Shown one piece after another: positions 23,425 to 37,347 of a DNA stretch of 64,000 bases. The notes beneath the pieces are model-generated. The model was not told where the DNA came from. It saw nothing but the letters and a program-made list of their open reading frames with translations, and did not search any database. Position numbers and translations under genes: made by a program. This DNA is from Utricularia gibba (Eukaryota; Plantae; Magnoliophyta): NCBI GenBank assembly GCA_002189035.1, contig NEEC01000002.1, positions 2,046,001 to 2,110,000 of the forward strand, written 5' to 3'. Every line of letters starts with the position of its first letter. Within the stretch, counting starts at the first letter, position 1.

Positions 23425-26272
23425 ATGGATGCATGTGAAGCTACGAAGGTAGTGATGTCGAGAATCAAAGATTTGGATCCCGAGAACGCTTCGAAAATTC
23501 TGGGTCATATTTTGCTGCAAGGGCAAGGTGAGAAGGAAGTGATAAGATTGGCTTTTGCCCCAGAGCCTCTTTTGCTGTCTTGCATTAACCAAGCTAAAAC
23601 GTTTCTTGGAATCCCTCCAACAAGCCCTTCTTCAGGAACTTCAAACGTTACTAAAACTTCTCCAAGAATGTTGAATGCTCTGCATCTTAACAACCCGTCT
23701 TCTCCAGCGCCTTCTTTTTCCAGAACTGGGTCTAGGCCCATTTCTTATGCAGGGGCTCTCACCGGTTCTGTGGAGGATGAGTTTTTGGGTGGCGGCTTTG
23801 TGGATCCGTTGCAGCTTCAAGTTTACTCGCCAATTGCTAGCCCAAGCGGTAGAAATGAATCTTTGGTTTTTCCCTATTCTGATGATCTGAGCACCCTATC
23901 TCCCTCACAATTACATAGGGTTAATCCTGTTAAAGATGTTGGTTTTCTCGAGCTTGGATGCCGCCCTTGCATGTACTTCTCAAGAGGTGGGTGCAAGAAT
24001 GGTGATTCTTGCAGGTTTTCCCACAATGAAATTGGACTTGATATTGCTGATTCTCCTGGGTGTGATGAGTTTATGAGGTTCAAGGCTTTACACCAAGAGC
24101 ACAGGCTTCCTTCACTTATTGCATCTGGCGGTCAACATCATTTTCCTTTTAAGCCTGCTGACTTACACGATGATAATCAGAGGTACTGATATGGGAATCT
24201 AGCGGAATCAATTTCAACACATAGCTAGTGCTTATCTACTATTATGGTTGGTATTCAGATTTTCAAAGTTCAACAAATTTGGTTACAGAGCAAACCTGAA
24301 TCATTCTGCGAAACCTCATTAAGAATGTAGCTTTGAGCACATGTTTTTCTTTGGTCAAGCTAGGCTTGTTCTGCATTATGCGTCATACTTCTCTTTTGCC
24401 TATTTTGGTTACATTCATAACGTAACACCTGCATTCACTTCTTGGAACCCTGAAAGGATGGTAAATGTGCGTTGGAGAGTAGCTAATGAGATTCAAGTTT
24501 AGCTTTTGGCTCAACAGATTGGGGAGTTTTATTCTGAATATTTTAAGCCATGTCATTGTCATCATGGTTATAGTAACTTGACATTGACTCCTGCCAGGAA
24601 TGACTTGCTTTCCACTGGAATACCTAGTAGTGGAACAAGTTCAAGTTCTCGGCAAATTTATTTGACATTTCCGGCTGACAGCACATTTAAGGAGGAGGAC
24701 GTTGCAGCATATTTCAGGTAAGTTTTTGGACCTTGGAATCTTTTATGGTTCTGGAAATTACATTGCCTGTCCGTGCTTTTCAACCCTTCTTGGTTTGTTC
24801 TGTATTTTGAAGCAACTTTGGACCTGTGCAAGATGTTAGGATACCATATCAACAAAGGAGAATGTTTGGTTTTGTTACGTTTTTATATCCTGAGACAGTA
24901 AAGAGCATATTGGCAAAAGGGAACCCGCATTTTATCCGTGATTGCCGTGTTCTTGTGAAACCTTACAAGGATAAAGGAAAGATGCCTGAGAGGTGTAACG
25001 ATTGGCCCCCCTTTTGTTTATGGCGTTTTTTTGTCCATGTGAATCCTTTTTTACCTTACCGTGATCCTACAGCAGGAAACTTATGTATCAGCAGATGGAG
25101 CGGGGGGAATTTTCATCTGGTGTGGGTTCATCAGGAACTGATTCTATAGAACAGCTTGATATCCCCTTTGGTTAGCATCAAGTTCATCGCCATGCATTTC
25201 AAATCAGCAAGAAAGCACAGTTTACAGATCTTTTTTTCTTGTTCCTGACAGGGCCTAGAATGCTCCTGAACGTGCAGGAGAAGATGTTACAAAGAAAAAT
25301 TGAGGAGCAGGCAGAACTACGAAATAGCATTGAAATTCAAGGTCAAAGGATGATGAATATGCAACTAGCCGATTGGCACTATCAAAGTTATGATTCCGAT
25401 TCTCCTTCAAGTCTGAGTACAGGTATGCCTCTTGTCTCTTCTCGACAGGGTGGGTTCCCTATGCAACAACCAAGTGCAATTGGTCCTTCTGAAACCATCA
25501 CTCAGAGTACTTTTGAAGGTTAGTTATTAAAAATGGTATCTTTGTTTATTTCATGTCCATATCCTCGATGACTTGCTTTTAAGAATATGTGTTTCTACTG
25601 CAGAGTTTCATGGCAGCCAACTATCCCAAGAGCCGAGGATGGTTACTCATAGCAACGAGTACATTGCCTCCAATGCCACTGACTTTTATTCGAATGATGC
25701 AAACCAGAATGCGTCCGATGCGGACCAATCTCCTAAGTGGTATGCCATCTGTTGATCTCTTTCTACCTCAATATGTTTTCTAGGTCCTACAACATTTACA
25801 AATTCCTGTTTTACATGTGAAATAATGCGCACACTAAGCAGAACTGCATGCTTCACTCATTCCTTACATTTGATACTTCGTCATTCGTATTTAAATGCTT
25901 GAAACTACAGAAGCATTCCAAGCAAAAAACCGTTAGTTTGAGAGCTGGAACTTTTCATTTTCAAGGAGTAACTTGTAGCCATTAAAGAACCCCCCCCCCC
26001 CCCCCCCCCCCTTTTTTTCTTTTCTCTTTCAAGATTTCCAGGAGGCCAAAAAGTCCTCCCATGGTTACACCTGCATGTTGATCATATCTTGGAACGTTGG
26101 TTGTTTTCGACTCTGATTTCATCTCGAAACATGCAGAGAATTTGCAGCAGCCCACGGAGCAGTTTCTTTTCTGAATGTACAGCTAAAACAAACAGCAGAA
26201 GCTGAAGAGAATTTGCCTCCAGGGAAGATGGAGGTTTTGCTTGTTAGTTTCTCAGTAGCGGTTCCTGGTTAG
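23425..26272 (+). CDS. Zinc finger CCCH + RRM RNA-binding protein (C3H53/C3H55/C3H46-like); 3' end provisional
   Basis: N-terminal [32 protein letters not shown]...[14 protein letters not shown] motif [19 protein letters not shown], and [28 protein letters not shown]|[24 protein letters not shown]...[21 protein letters not shown]. Exons are clear to about 25740. The last exon(s) and stop codon are uncertain. Confidence 0.85.
25990..26011. repeat. C22 homopolymer in an intron of the CCCH-RRM gene
   Basis: Direct read. It is followed by a T-rich tract and AG at about 26031. Confidence 0.85.
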
Positions 26273-26469
26273 TTCCTGTGGTGGCGGCGGCCTTAGCTCT
26301 CTGACTGCGCAAGCAAGGGAAGGCAGCGTATAGCATGAAACAGGCAGCAGCAACGCTTCTTACTGAGGACTGCACCAGTTGCATTTCTCCACATTGCTAC
26401 TCCTCCTGTGATCGATCATTGCATGAAAGCAATATTTTGATTGACTAGTGTTTCTGTTGCCGCTACGCT

Positions 26470-26655
26470 ATTCGGGTTACGTGTTCGACCCGTGTTATGG
26501 ATCCGACCCGCATGGGTCAAACCCCCTGAGTTGGCCCAAATCCACTATAAATGTCGGGGTGTTTCCCTTTTTCATGTAATATGGTGATAAGTCTTTATAT
26601 TATTGTAATTTGAAATCGGTGGATGGGTCGGGTCGGGTCGTATTCGGGTCAGGTT
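26470..26655. repeat. Cluster of CGACCC/GGGTCG motifs in inverted arrangement (possible non-autonomous DNA transposon remnant)
   Basis: cgacccg and ccgacccg on the left, and gggtcgggtcgggtcg and cgggtc on the right. No clear TIR or TSD was identified. Confidence 0.3.
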
Positions 26656-26684
26656 TCAAGGGCTCCATTTTCGGCGTTGAACTA

Positions 26685-26724
26685 GCCGTTGCCGCAGCCC
26701 TAGTGTGTTAGATATATAACGGTC
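26685..26724. promoter_or_regulatory. Two MSA (AACGG-core) elements upstream of UBC19/20
   Basis: agccgttgc (reverse gcAACGGct) at 26684-26692 and atAACGGtc at 26716-26724, 130-170 nt upstream of the ATG. This fits G2/M MYB3R control of a UBE2C-type gene. Confidence 0.55.
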
Positions 26725-26854
26725 GAATTTTTTTTTCTGCCGAAGTGGTATCCCGCTTCTTCTTCTGCTGCTTGTACGAGTTTAGAAAGTCTTTCTCTGA
26801 TTTCTTGGAGACTCCGTACTCGCTCAATCGATTTTTTTCCGGTAGGCACAAAAA

Positions 26855-28171
26855 ATGGCGACTACTAGCGACCCGGCGGCGCTGGTCAAGCAGGCTGTTC
26901 CGTTGCCCAAACCTGTTGAATCGCATTCTGTTCTCAAGAGGTATCTTCTTCGTTCGCTGTTTGATTTCGTTACACGTTGCTTCAGGATTTGAATATCGAA
27001 ATCGACTGCAGATTCTTTGATTGCTTTTTCGTTGTGCTGAATTATATTCTGATTTTTTGCAGACTGCAAACGGAACTCATGGCTTTGATGGTAAGAAATA
27101 CGAGCAGTTGGAATTCATTGTAGTTTTCATAGGGTTCCGTGACTTTCGATTTGACCTGAATTCTAGCGGCTCAGGTTTTTTGTTGATCGTTTTTCAATTC
27201 GAAATGACTCAGATGGGAGGGGATACTGGAATCTCAGCTTTCCCTGAGGAGGACAATATATTGTCCTGGAAAGGAACAATTATAGGGAGCAAAGGCACGG
27301 TGTATGACGGAACAGAGTACAGGTTGACGCTTTCGTTTCCATCGGAGTATCCCTTCAAACCACCCAAAGTCAAGTTCGAGACTGCCTGCTTCCATCCCAA
27401 TATTGATGTCTATGGGAACATTTGCTTAGACATTTTACAGGTTTCATTTATTGATTGCCTGCACCCAAATTCTTTCCAACTTGACCTCTTATAGCCGTGG
27501 TTAAACAAACCATTTGCAGGATAAATGGTCCTCTGCCTATGATGTGAGAACAATCCTACTCTCAATTCAGAGTCTCCTTGGAGGTAATCATAATTCTCTA
27601 CAGAGGGATGAAGAATGTTTAATGGCCAGTTTGATCCCAGTTTTTCACTATATCTTCCTCCCCTAGTGCTATGCTTATGTCTTACATTCCTTCCAAGTAC
27701 TTGAGACCGTAGCTTGATATAAGCCTCAGTGCATTTTCTTTCCCTGGTCCGCCATGTTACAGATTCTTAACAAGACTTTGAGCCCTCTTAGTGTGATCTG
27801 TACTTATATTATACATTTTTTTGGAAAGAATTCGATATCTCAACATATTTTGCTCCCTTTGTGCTATTGTTGTGTTATATCACACATTGATTACTCTATA
27901 AAAGTCTCCCTTCTTTTGTGCACTATCATTCATGGCGCCGATGTTCTTGACTGTTTGCTTCCACACAGAGCCAAATATAAGCTCACCTCTCAACAATCTG
28001 GCTGCAGCACTGTGGGATAACCAGGAAGGTAATGGCCAAAAGCTCACAGTTTTTGTTATGCAACGCTTTATCTGGTTTTACATATGCAGTATTTCTCCTT
28101 TCAGAGTACAGAAAGATGGTGATGAAGCTATACAAACCAACGTGAGAGAACACTATGTTATGGAGACATAG
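26855..28171 (+). CDS. UBC20: Ubiquitin-conjugating enzyme E2 C-type, UBC19/UBC20 (6 exons: 26855-26940, 27063-27090, 27213-27440, 27520-27583, 27969-28028, about 28105-28171)
   Basis: SHSVLKR|LQTELMALM|MGGDTGISAFPEEDNILSWKG...YPFKPPKVKFETACFHPNIDVYGNICLDILQ|DKWSSAYDVRTILLSIQSLLG|EPNISSPLN. The active-site HPN...C is intact. UBC19 and UBC20 cannot be told apart here. Confidence 0.93.
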
Positions 28172-28647
28172 ACGTGCCCCTACAGATGATACTTGTTTTC
28201 CTGTCAAACTCTCACCTTCTTGTTCTCCTTCTGACGTTTGGGTGTTGGATATTAGACAAGCACTTCATTTTGTGTCCATTAATTATTCGCATATTTAAAA
28301 AAAGGCATTTTTATCTATTTATATTTTTTTTGTGTGACGGGCTTTCTCAAGGGCCCACAACCCAATTATTTAAATTATTTTATTGGTACGCTTTAATTTA
28401 ATTATGTCGCCGATGCCTTGGAATATGCGGAGAGAATTTCATTTGTATAGCCGGAAAAACCCGTCCGTTGCGGTGATCCTCATCATTTCATCGCCGCCTT
28501 CGGGAAATTCAATCCCTCTTCTCTCTGAAACTCGAATTCTTTAGATGGCGCGGTAGCTTTGGTAAATATAGGTTTAGCGTTGATATTTCTTTTTGTTTTT
28601 TTCGATTTTTTTTGGGTCTAGGTAGCAAGAATTAGGAGACGATTGAA

Positions 28648-29790
28648 ATGTCTCTCGACAAGACCGAAGAAAAATTGGTGCAGCCCATTCAGGAGCTCGA
28701 GATCCGGGATCTGGTACGTTTTTTTTTTATTTGTATTGTATGATTGTTTGGTGGGGATTGGCGTTGTTGGATTTTGATTGTGGATTCTGTATTTGGGTGG
28801 ATCTGGGAATTACCATGATTTCCCCAAATTTTACGCGGGTTTGATCATTTTTTAGGGAAAAGAGATGAAAGGATCATGTGGGTCTGATGAAGGTTGTCAC
28901 TTGGATTGTGCAATATGTTGGAACAAGATAGCACTTCAAGAAACTGCTTTGATCAAGGGTTGCGAGCATGCCTACTGGTTTGTCTCGACCCCCTGGCTAC
29001 TGTATATGTAAAACTCCTTTGAATTTTATTGGGTCTCAAGAACAAGAGGATAAATGTGTTTGCGTGAACGGTGACGGTAAGTTTGCTGGGTAGCATGTTA
29101 TATGATTTTTAGTTGAAGTTTTTTTTTTTTTTTTTTTTTTTGAGGATTTGAAGTTTTGATTTCTAAACTTTTCCTGTAGTCATTGTGAACATTGGTGTTG
29201 ATTTGAGCTTTTTTTTTTTTTTTTTGCTTGAAGTGTGATGTGTATATTGCGATGGGCATCATATGAGGTAGAAAAGAATAAAGGACCGACCTGCCCAATG
29301 TGCAAACATCCTTTTGAATTCCTGGTCATTCATCGGTCCCTTGATGGAAGGTAATTTACTTGGAACCCTTTTTTGTGATGTTGTTTTATGTGTATTGTTT
29401 GTATACATTTATCTTACTAAAGTTCCATTGCTGAACAGCATTCGTGATTACATGCAAGAGGAAAGCATTTGTCTTTTGTTGAGGGCTTCGTGGTTCAATC
29501 CCCTAGTTGTGGTAGAACGCGAGGAGATCGATGAGGAAGTAGAGGATTATTGCTATGAAGAAGCTGACGAAGACTTGGATGAGTTTTACCTCAATAGATC
29601 CTCAAATATTCGAATTGGGAACAGACGGTTTGGTGACAATGGGTATGTTCGTTCTGGAAGACAGGAAGCTAGGCCTGCATACCGCCCAAGCCTCCAGGAT
29701 GCCTGCCCTGCTGGAACATCCCGGAACCAGAAAGTTGGGCGACGTGCAAAACGAACCCTGAAACGTGAAGCCGCAGCCAAGGGTCTGTAG
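28648..29790 (+). CDS. RING finger protein (4 exons)
   Basis: Spliced RING: CAICWNKIALQETALIKGCEHAY|CVMCILRWA...CPMCKHPFEF. It is followed by RSLDGS|IRDYMQEESICLLLRASWF, an acidic tract, RIGNRRFGDNGYVRSGRQEARP and GRRAKRTLKREAA. Confidence 0.85.
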
Positions 29791-30194
29791 CATGTGCGGT
29801 AGGGTAGTAGGTAAAAGGTTAGTACTGCAGACCACTTTCTCTTTTCATCTTGATAATAACTGTTCCTGGTTTGGATCTCTCAAGGCGCGCTCTGGAGAGA
29901 TGTTGCATCTTGTACAGTTTCATTTGTAACTGGTTCCGTATCATGCTACACAGTTTCATTCTAATTGGCTTCCATTCTGCCTTTGTTGAATCATAATGTG
30001 CAAGGGTCAACACTACAAATCATAAAACAAGAATAGTCTACTTTGTTCACTATTTTCCGAAGAAAGGAAAAGAACCCCATAAAAACCACCTCAATGTACT
30101 TTTTCATTGATGAACACCAGTAGTCCTGTTGGTATATAACTTTACATTTGAATTGCATTTCTGTAATGCTGCTAGCATAAGTGACAAAACATCC

Positions 30195-30660
30195 GTCGTG
30201 AGCCACTTAGCTCCACGAGCGAGATGAGGGCTTCCATGAGGGAATGATCCATAGCTTCTCCATCACCAGATTTCTTTTCCTTGAAGAAATCAAGACGGGT
30301 AGTCAGCTCTTCAAGATTCAATGAGGCCGCAGAGGGGAGTTATTTTGCATTCCCTGATCGGATCAACCATAGATACATGTCAGCCAAGCAAGTCTTTTCA
30401 CCTCTCAAACTACCAGGTTCTGATACCTCTGCAGTCCGAGAAGCCACTTTGGAAACACACAAGCGAAAAGAAAACATTTTTTTTTAAAAAAACTTGAAGC
30501 TACCCAACACAGCATACAGGGCATGCTAATGAATTCTTAAAGCTCTTATCGTGCACCTAAAGGAGATATTTCAAGCCACTGAGTGACAGATCAAACACTT
30601 ACATTCTGTTCAAGCGCCAATTGTTTCTACACTAGCCTGCAAGACTGCATTTCCATTTGC
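30195..30660 (-). pseudogene. Relic of a REN1/PHGAP-type (PH-RhoGAP) gene C-terminus
   Basis: Exon-like segment 30660-30603 (ctag| ... |gtaagt) reads ANGNAVLQASVE then, shifted, QLALEQN. It resembles the family motif A-x-GNAILQASLERRKQALHERRLALEQD with an internal deletion. Segment 30315-30240 reads LEELTTRLDFFKEKKS then, shifted, VMEKL, resembling ELTTRLDFFKERRSQLMEQL. No PH or RhoGAP exons were found. Confidence 0.7.
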
Positions 30661-31613
30661 CTAGGAAGCATGACAGCATCCATGCCAATTGTTAGATATC
30701 GTAAATTCCTGTTTTCCATATTTGAAAAGTAGGGATACCTAGAGGATGAGGGAGAAGGTAAAATTGGATAGTGGAAAACTCCCTTGAGAAGTTGCGCAAG
30801 AGCAAGCTCGGAGCAAGCTCGGAGTTAGCCATGAAATCTCAGAAACTCGAAAAATAAAAATGAAGACCTCGTTTGCAACTCTGTGCAAATGCACCACCTT
30901 CTGCACGCTGGTCCAGCAACACTTCCATTATGCCGAAGGAAAAAAAAACTACCACATCTCGTGTTTCCCCTTTTACACCTCTCCCCCACCGGAGTGAGAG
31001 GAATATACCTGTGCAGTCATTTAGGGGACACGCGCGTCGTACTCGCAGGCTCCCTTGTCGCGGATGTGATGATGATATATCCAACACTAGCGGCCCAATA
31101 TTACTGCAGACACTGGGATATTAATTGAGCCAGGCCCAACTACGAAACAAGATTTAAATATATTTAAAAAAATTATTAATAGAGATATATATTTAGTTAA
31201 TTAATTCTAATTAATATTGAAAATACTTTATTTATACAAAAAGATAATTAACTTTGATTATTTTTAATATAAATAATAAATATTTTCAAATTTAATATCC
31301 ATCATTCCTAAATTATATATTATTAAAAATGTATTCCGTTATTAAAAAAACAGGAAAAAAAGAAAACGCATGATAAAGTGGTAATTAATATTTAATGAGG
31401 GGTATTAAAAATAATGATGTCCCTAAAATTGCTCAGGGAAGGTAAACGAGGAGACGAGAGAGGTGAAATGGCGCTCCTTCCCCTCAAATGTCTCCGGAGC
31501 ACTGGTTTCTCCTTAGCTAAGACGAGGGCCGATCCCATGCAATTCATTGCCTTCACTGCTCTTCTTCCCCTGAACAAAGATCCCCTCTCAGCTCCTCTCC
31601 GGCGCCCTCAACA

Positions 31614-33734
<2,121 letters not shown>

Positions 33735-34242
33735 CATGGCAAAAGTGAATGTATGTATGTATACCTGAGCTTCAAGAGCCAGAATGTTGTAAAGAAGTGA
33801 TGACTAGTTTTGTTAAATCACTCTGTAGCTGTCTATATTTGTTAAGTGGGAGGCAAAAAGGGAGCCATCATGGTTGTCAAGGCGAAGTTATTGAAAAAAA
33901 TGGCGTAAAAGTTCAGGACTCCAACTCCAAAATCACTCATCTTCTTGCACATGAAGTGTAGTTCAGAAATACACCTCAAAGGACTGATCTTTTATACGAA
34001 AAATGCGTCCTTGATGCCTCTTCGAAACACACAAGATTGTGAATTGCGTTTCCCAAATCCCGAACACAGACGTCAAGCATCTGGGTAGGTGACTGTGCTT
34101 TGAGGCTCAATGGTGTACCCGAAATTTTATGAATTACCCATTCACTCGATTCGACCCGATTGAAAGAACTCAGTGGTGAGTGCCAATTCCGTTCAAAATT
34201 GCGACTTTCATCTTCCCCTCCACTTTTCTTCTTCGATTTCTC

Positions 34243-35720
34243 ATGGAAATTGTACCAGCTCCACGCCTTCAATTCCTAGACAAATGTTCGATGAGCACGC
34301 CCCTCAACGTCAGAGTCGCCTCGCCGCTCATTCTCCACCTTAGAACTCCCGCCGCATTCCGGCTTTTTGCTGCCACTGCCTCCCCAGCAACTCTCGCGGA
34401 TGTCCCTGAAATCACACAAATCCATGAGCCCTTGGCGCCAGAGGCTGCTTCCCATGGTAGAAGAAAGAGTGGAGCGAGGGTTAGAAAGATGAGTTTGGAT
34501 TCCCACCAGCTGAAGCTGAACTGGCTGGAATCACTGTCTTGCCCTATGCCGGACGGTTGGAGAAGTCGAGCAGTGGAGGGAACAGACGTCAGTGATGTAA
34601 ACTCCGGTTGGGTTCTTGGTGTTGACCCTGATCTTTCTGGAGCAATAGCTGTTTTGAAGCCGGATGATTCTGCTGAGGTAGGGGAGGTTCAGTTTCATTC
34701 TTGTGCGAGTTGATGTAATTTAGAGATGCTTCTCAATGGAATGGGTTCAGGTTTTTGATTCCCCGCATGTCAAAGTCCCCGTGGGGAAAAGAGTCCGCAA
34801 GCGCCTGGATGTGAAGTCCATCGTTATGTTGATTCGAGGTTTTGGAGCTCCTATAGGTACAACGAAGAAAGTTGAATCCTTGACTTGTATTGTCATCTTA
34901 TACTGAATTTCCCTTGATTCCCAGTTTAAATACGAGCTTTTCTGTTCAACTTTCGATTCTGTTTTGAGTACTTGGGTGCTGACCAGTTGCTTGCATGATC
35001 CAGGAACAACTGTTTACGTAGAACAATCAACTCCATTTCCACAAGATGGTAAGCAGGTTAGGAGTTGTCTGCTTCCAGCGTTTTGGGCCTGTTATTTTGT
35101 GCAGTCTGTAGTGTATATCATGCTAAACTTTTTTCCAAGAGTATGGATTCCTTTGGCTTCTTTGTCTCGGCTTTTGATGATGTTCCTATTCCACCTGAGT
35201 TACCACTTGTGTCATATGTAAACTTACAGGGATGGTGGAGTGGTGGATTTGGTTATGGACTTTGGATAGGAGCCCTGGTAGCCTCAGGGTATACTGTTGT
35301 TCCCGTGCCCTCACTCCTGTGGAAAAGTGAATACAAACTCGCAGGAAATCGATCGAGCAAGGTACATTCAACATAAAGATCCAACTATTTCTTTTAATTC
35401 GGATTCTTCAGTTCTGTTCTTCTGCTTTGATGTTCATGACAATGTGATTCCCATTTGCTGATAGGACGACAGCAGGGAGCTGGCAACTGTGCTGTTCCCA
35501 TCTCTTAGCCCCTTATTCAAACGCAAGAAAGACCACGGTCGATATCATATCATCATTCTTCAACACTGAATTCGATACACAATGCTATGCAAGCTTAGGC
35601 TCGCTGTTGTAATAATGCTTGTTTCTGATGACTCCAGGCCGAGCCGAAGCGCTGCTTATTGCTGCATATGGCAAGGGAGTAAAGGTGAAATCCCAAGACG
35701 CAGAAATCCTGGAAGATTGA
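34243..35720 (+). CDS. MOC1: Plastid Holliday junction resolvase MOC1 (RuvC-like)
   Basis: Transit-like N-terminus, then [23 protein letters not shown]...[28 protein letters not shown]|[18 protein letters not shown]...[14 protein letters not shown]|[12 protein letters not shown]. The acidic catalytic positions are retained. Confidence 0.9.
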
Positions 35721-36232
35721 TCAACAACCTGAATCTCCCTGGGACATGATAAGATGAATGTAGAGGCCTGATGGTACCATTTTCTGCTCATCAACTGTCC
35801 ATATTGGTGGTGTATTCATGTAAACCACTGCGGGAGTTAGTTTGTATTCCTTAGCCTGATGGGCTGTGATCTCTGTAGACCTTAGCAATGAGGGAATCAA
35901 TGCGAGATTGTTTTAACCCGTTAGATTTCCAAAAAATTCCATTGATGGAATTCAGGCCATCAACTCCTCATCATCTTCACGCACTACAGGGGCAGTACTG
36001 TTGGTATGCATCATACTTTATAGTCCCAGATAACCGTCAAATTCACCCGGTTGAAGATGCAGAAAATAGAGAATATCAGGTCCGGCGAGTGGAACTTGGA
36101 GGTCAAAGAAGTTTCAAATGTAGGCTGGATTTGTCGTTGACCGCAGAGTTTATTCCGCCGTACCCCTTTAAGGGCAATGATTGCTTGTCAGCAGAACTAG
36201 ATGGGGGTGTCCCTCCATTGGAGTCCATAATT

Positions 36233-36919
36233 TCACGAACGATTCGTCAATATATGCGATGTGCATTTTATGAAGGATTCGTCAAAAATGGCGTTCTTCT
36301 GGAGAAAGAAAAGGGACATAAGGGTCCTCTGCGTTCCTGAAGACTGAAGATACCCAGGCGGCCAGGACCCATGAAAGCGAATCCCTGAATTGATCGGTGC
36401 CCCAAAAATCCTCAATTCGATATTTTGACTGCACCGACAGTACCCCACTTCGAGGTGCTTGTTGCTGTATGTTTGGATGTAGCTGTACATCTTGGTCTGC
36501 GAGTATTGTAGTTGGGTTGTTTTTGTTTCTGTCGTTTGGCCTTTCATAAAGTTAAAGATGCCACCTTTTTCACATCTTGCATCTTCTTTCCTCAATTGGT
36601 CCTAGGGCTCATAAGAATCCAAACGCATATATGGTTTGGATTTGTGTATGCTTTCTCTCTTTCTGCGTTTAAATTTCGTTGACGCGGGTCGCTGATCTGA
36701 TCTACTCTCCAACCTTTTGAAGAACGACAAATAAGTCTCGTTCAGGTCGCCACTTTTGATGATCTGTGAGCTTCTTCTTGCCTGGCTTAGTCGTGTCAGT
36801 TTCAGTTTGCTTTCGTTTTCCAAATCTTCTTTATTTTTTCCACATATGCTCTGGAAATATCTCTGGGCTTGAATTGCTGTAGTATCTGAAGTTTTTGGTG
36901 GCTTTGAGTTGCCTTTCAA
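36233..36919 (-). other. Interrupted reading frame with a degenerate GRF-type zinc finger (possible TE-derived relic)
   Basis: Track ORFs 36602-36919 and 36233-36595 are in the same frame, separated by one TAG. CRC-x13-NSGIRFHGS (36439-36365) has the spacing of the plant zf-GRF motif CxC-x13-NPGRRFYGC. Confidence 0.35.
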
Positions 36920-37347
36920 TATTCAATTTCAGAGTTCATTTTTGTGTGGGAATTGCGCAGTTGTGGTGATTTGTTACATATTCTTCATCTTCTGATACAT
37001 GAATTCAACTTCGATCGGCATCCAGATAGTAAAAAATGTTTTTTTCATTATTGAAGTGGGTAGTCTGAGTGAATTTCGTTTACTCTGAGACTGCAATTCG
37101 CCTAGCGTCAAATCTACTTTTTCTGTTACTTGCTATATGCTTTGGGATTTGGGTTATTGTCAAATGATCGCTGTTCTGTGAATTTCGCTCTTGATGGACC
37201 ACTTCATTTATGGTTGATAATTGCTACAAGTAGTTGGTCTGGTGCTGTCTTTCGATAAAGACGCAGTGTAGTCAAAACCCACGCGGAAAGCTCCCAGGAA
37301 TAGGATACTTACCGGAGCTGTTCTGGAAACTTTAGCAGGAATAAACA

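Noticed and set aside
36040-36320. Minus-strand frame ...DESFVKLWTPMEGHPHLVLLTSNHCP, faintly like the NIN-like protein motif QxWxP...VLTTSxQP
   Set aside because: The downstream NLP motifs (GLPGRVF, PEWTP) are absent, so the similarity is too weak.
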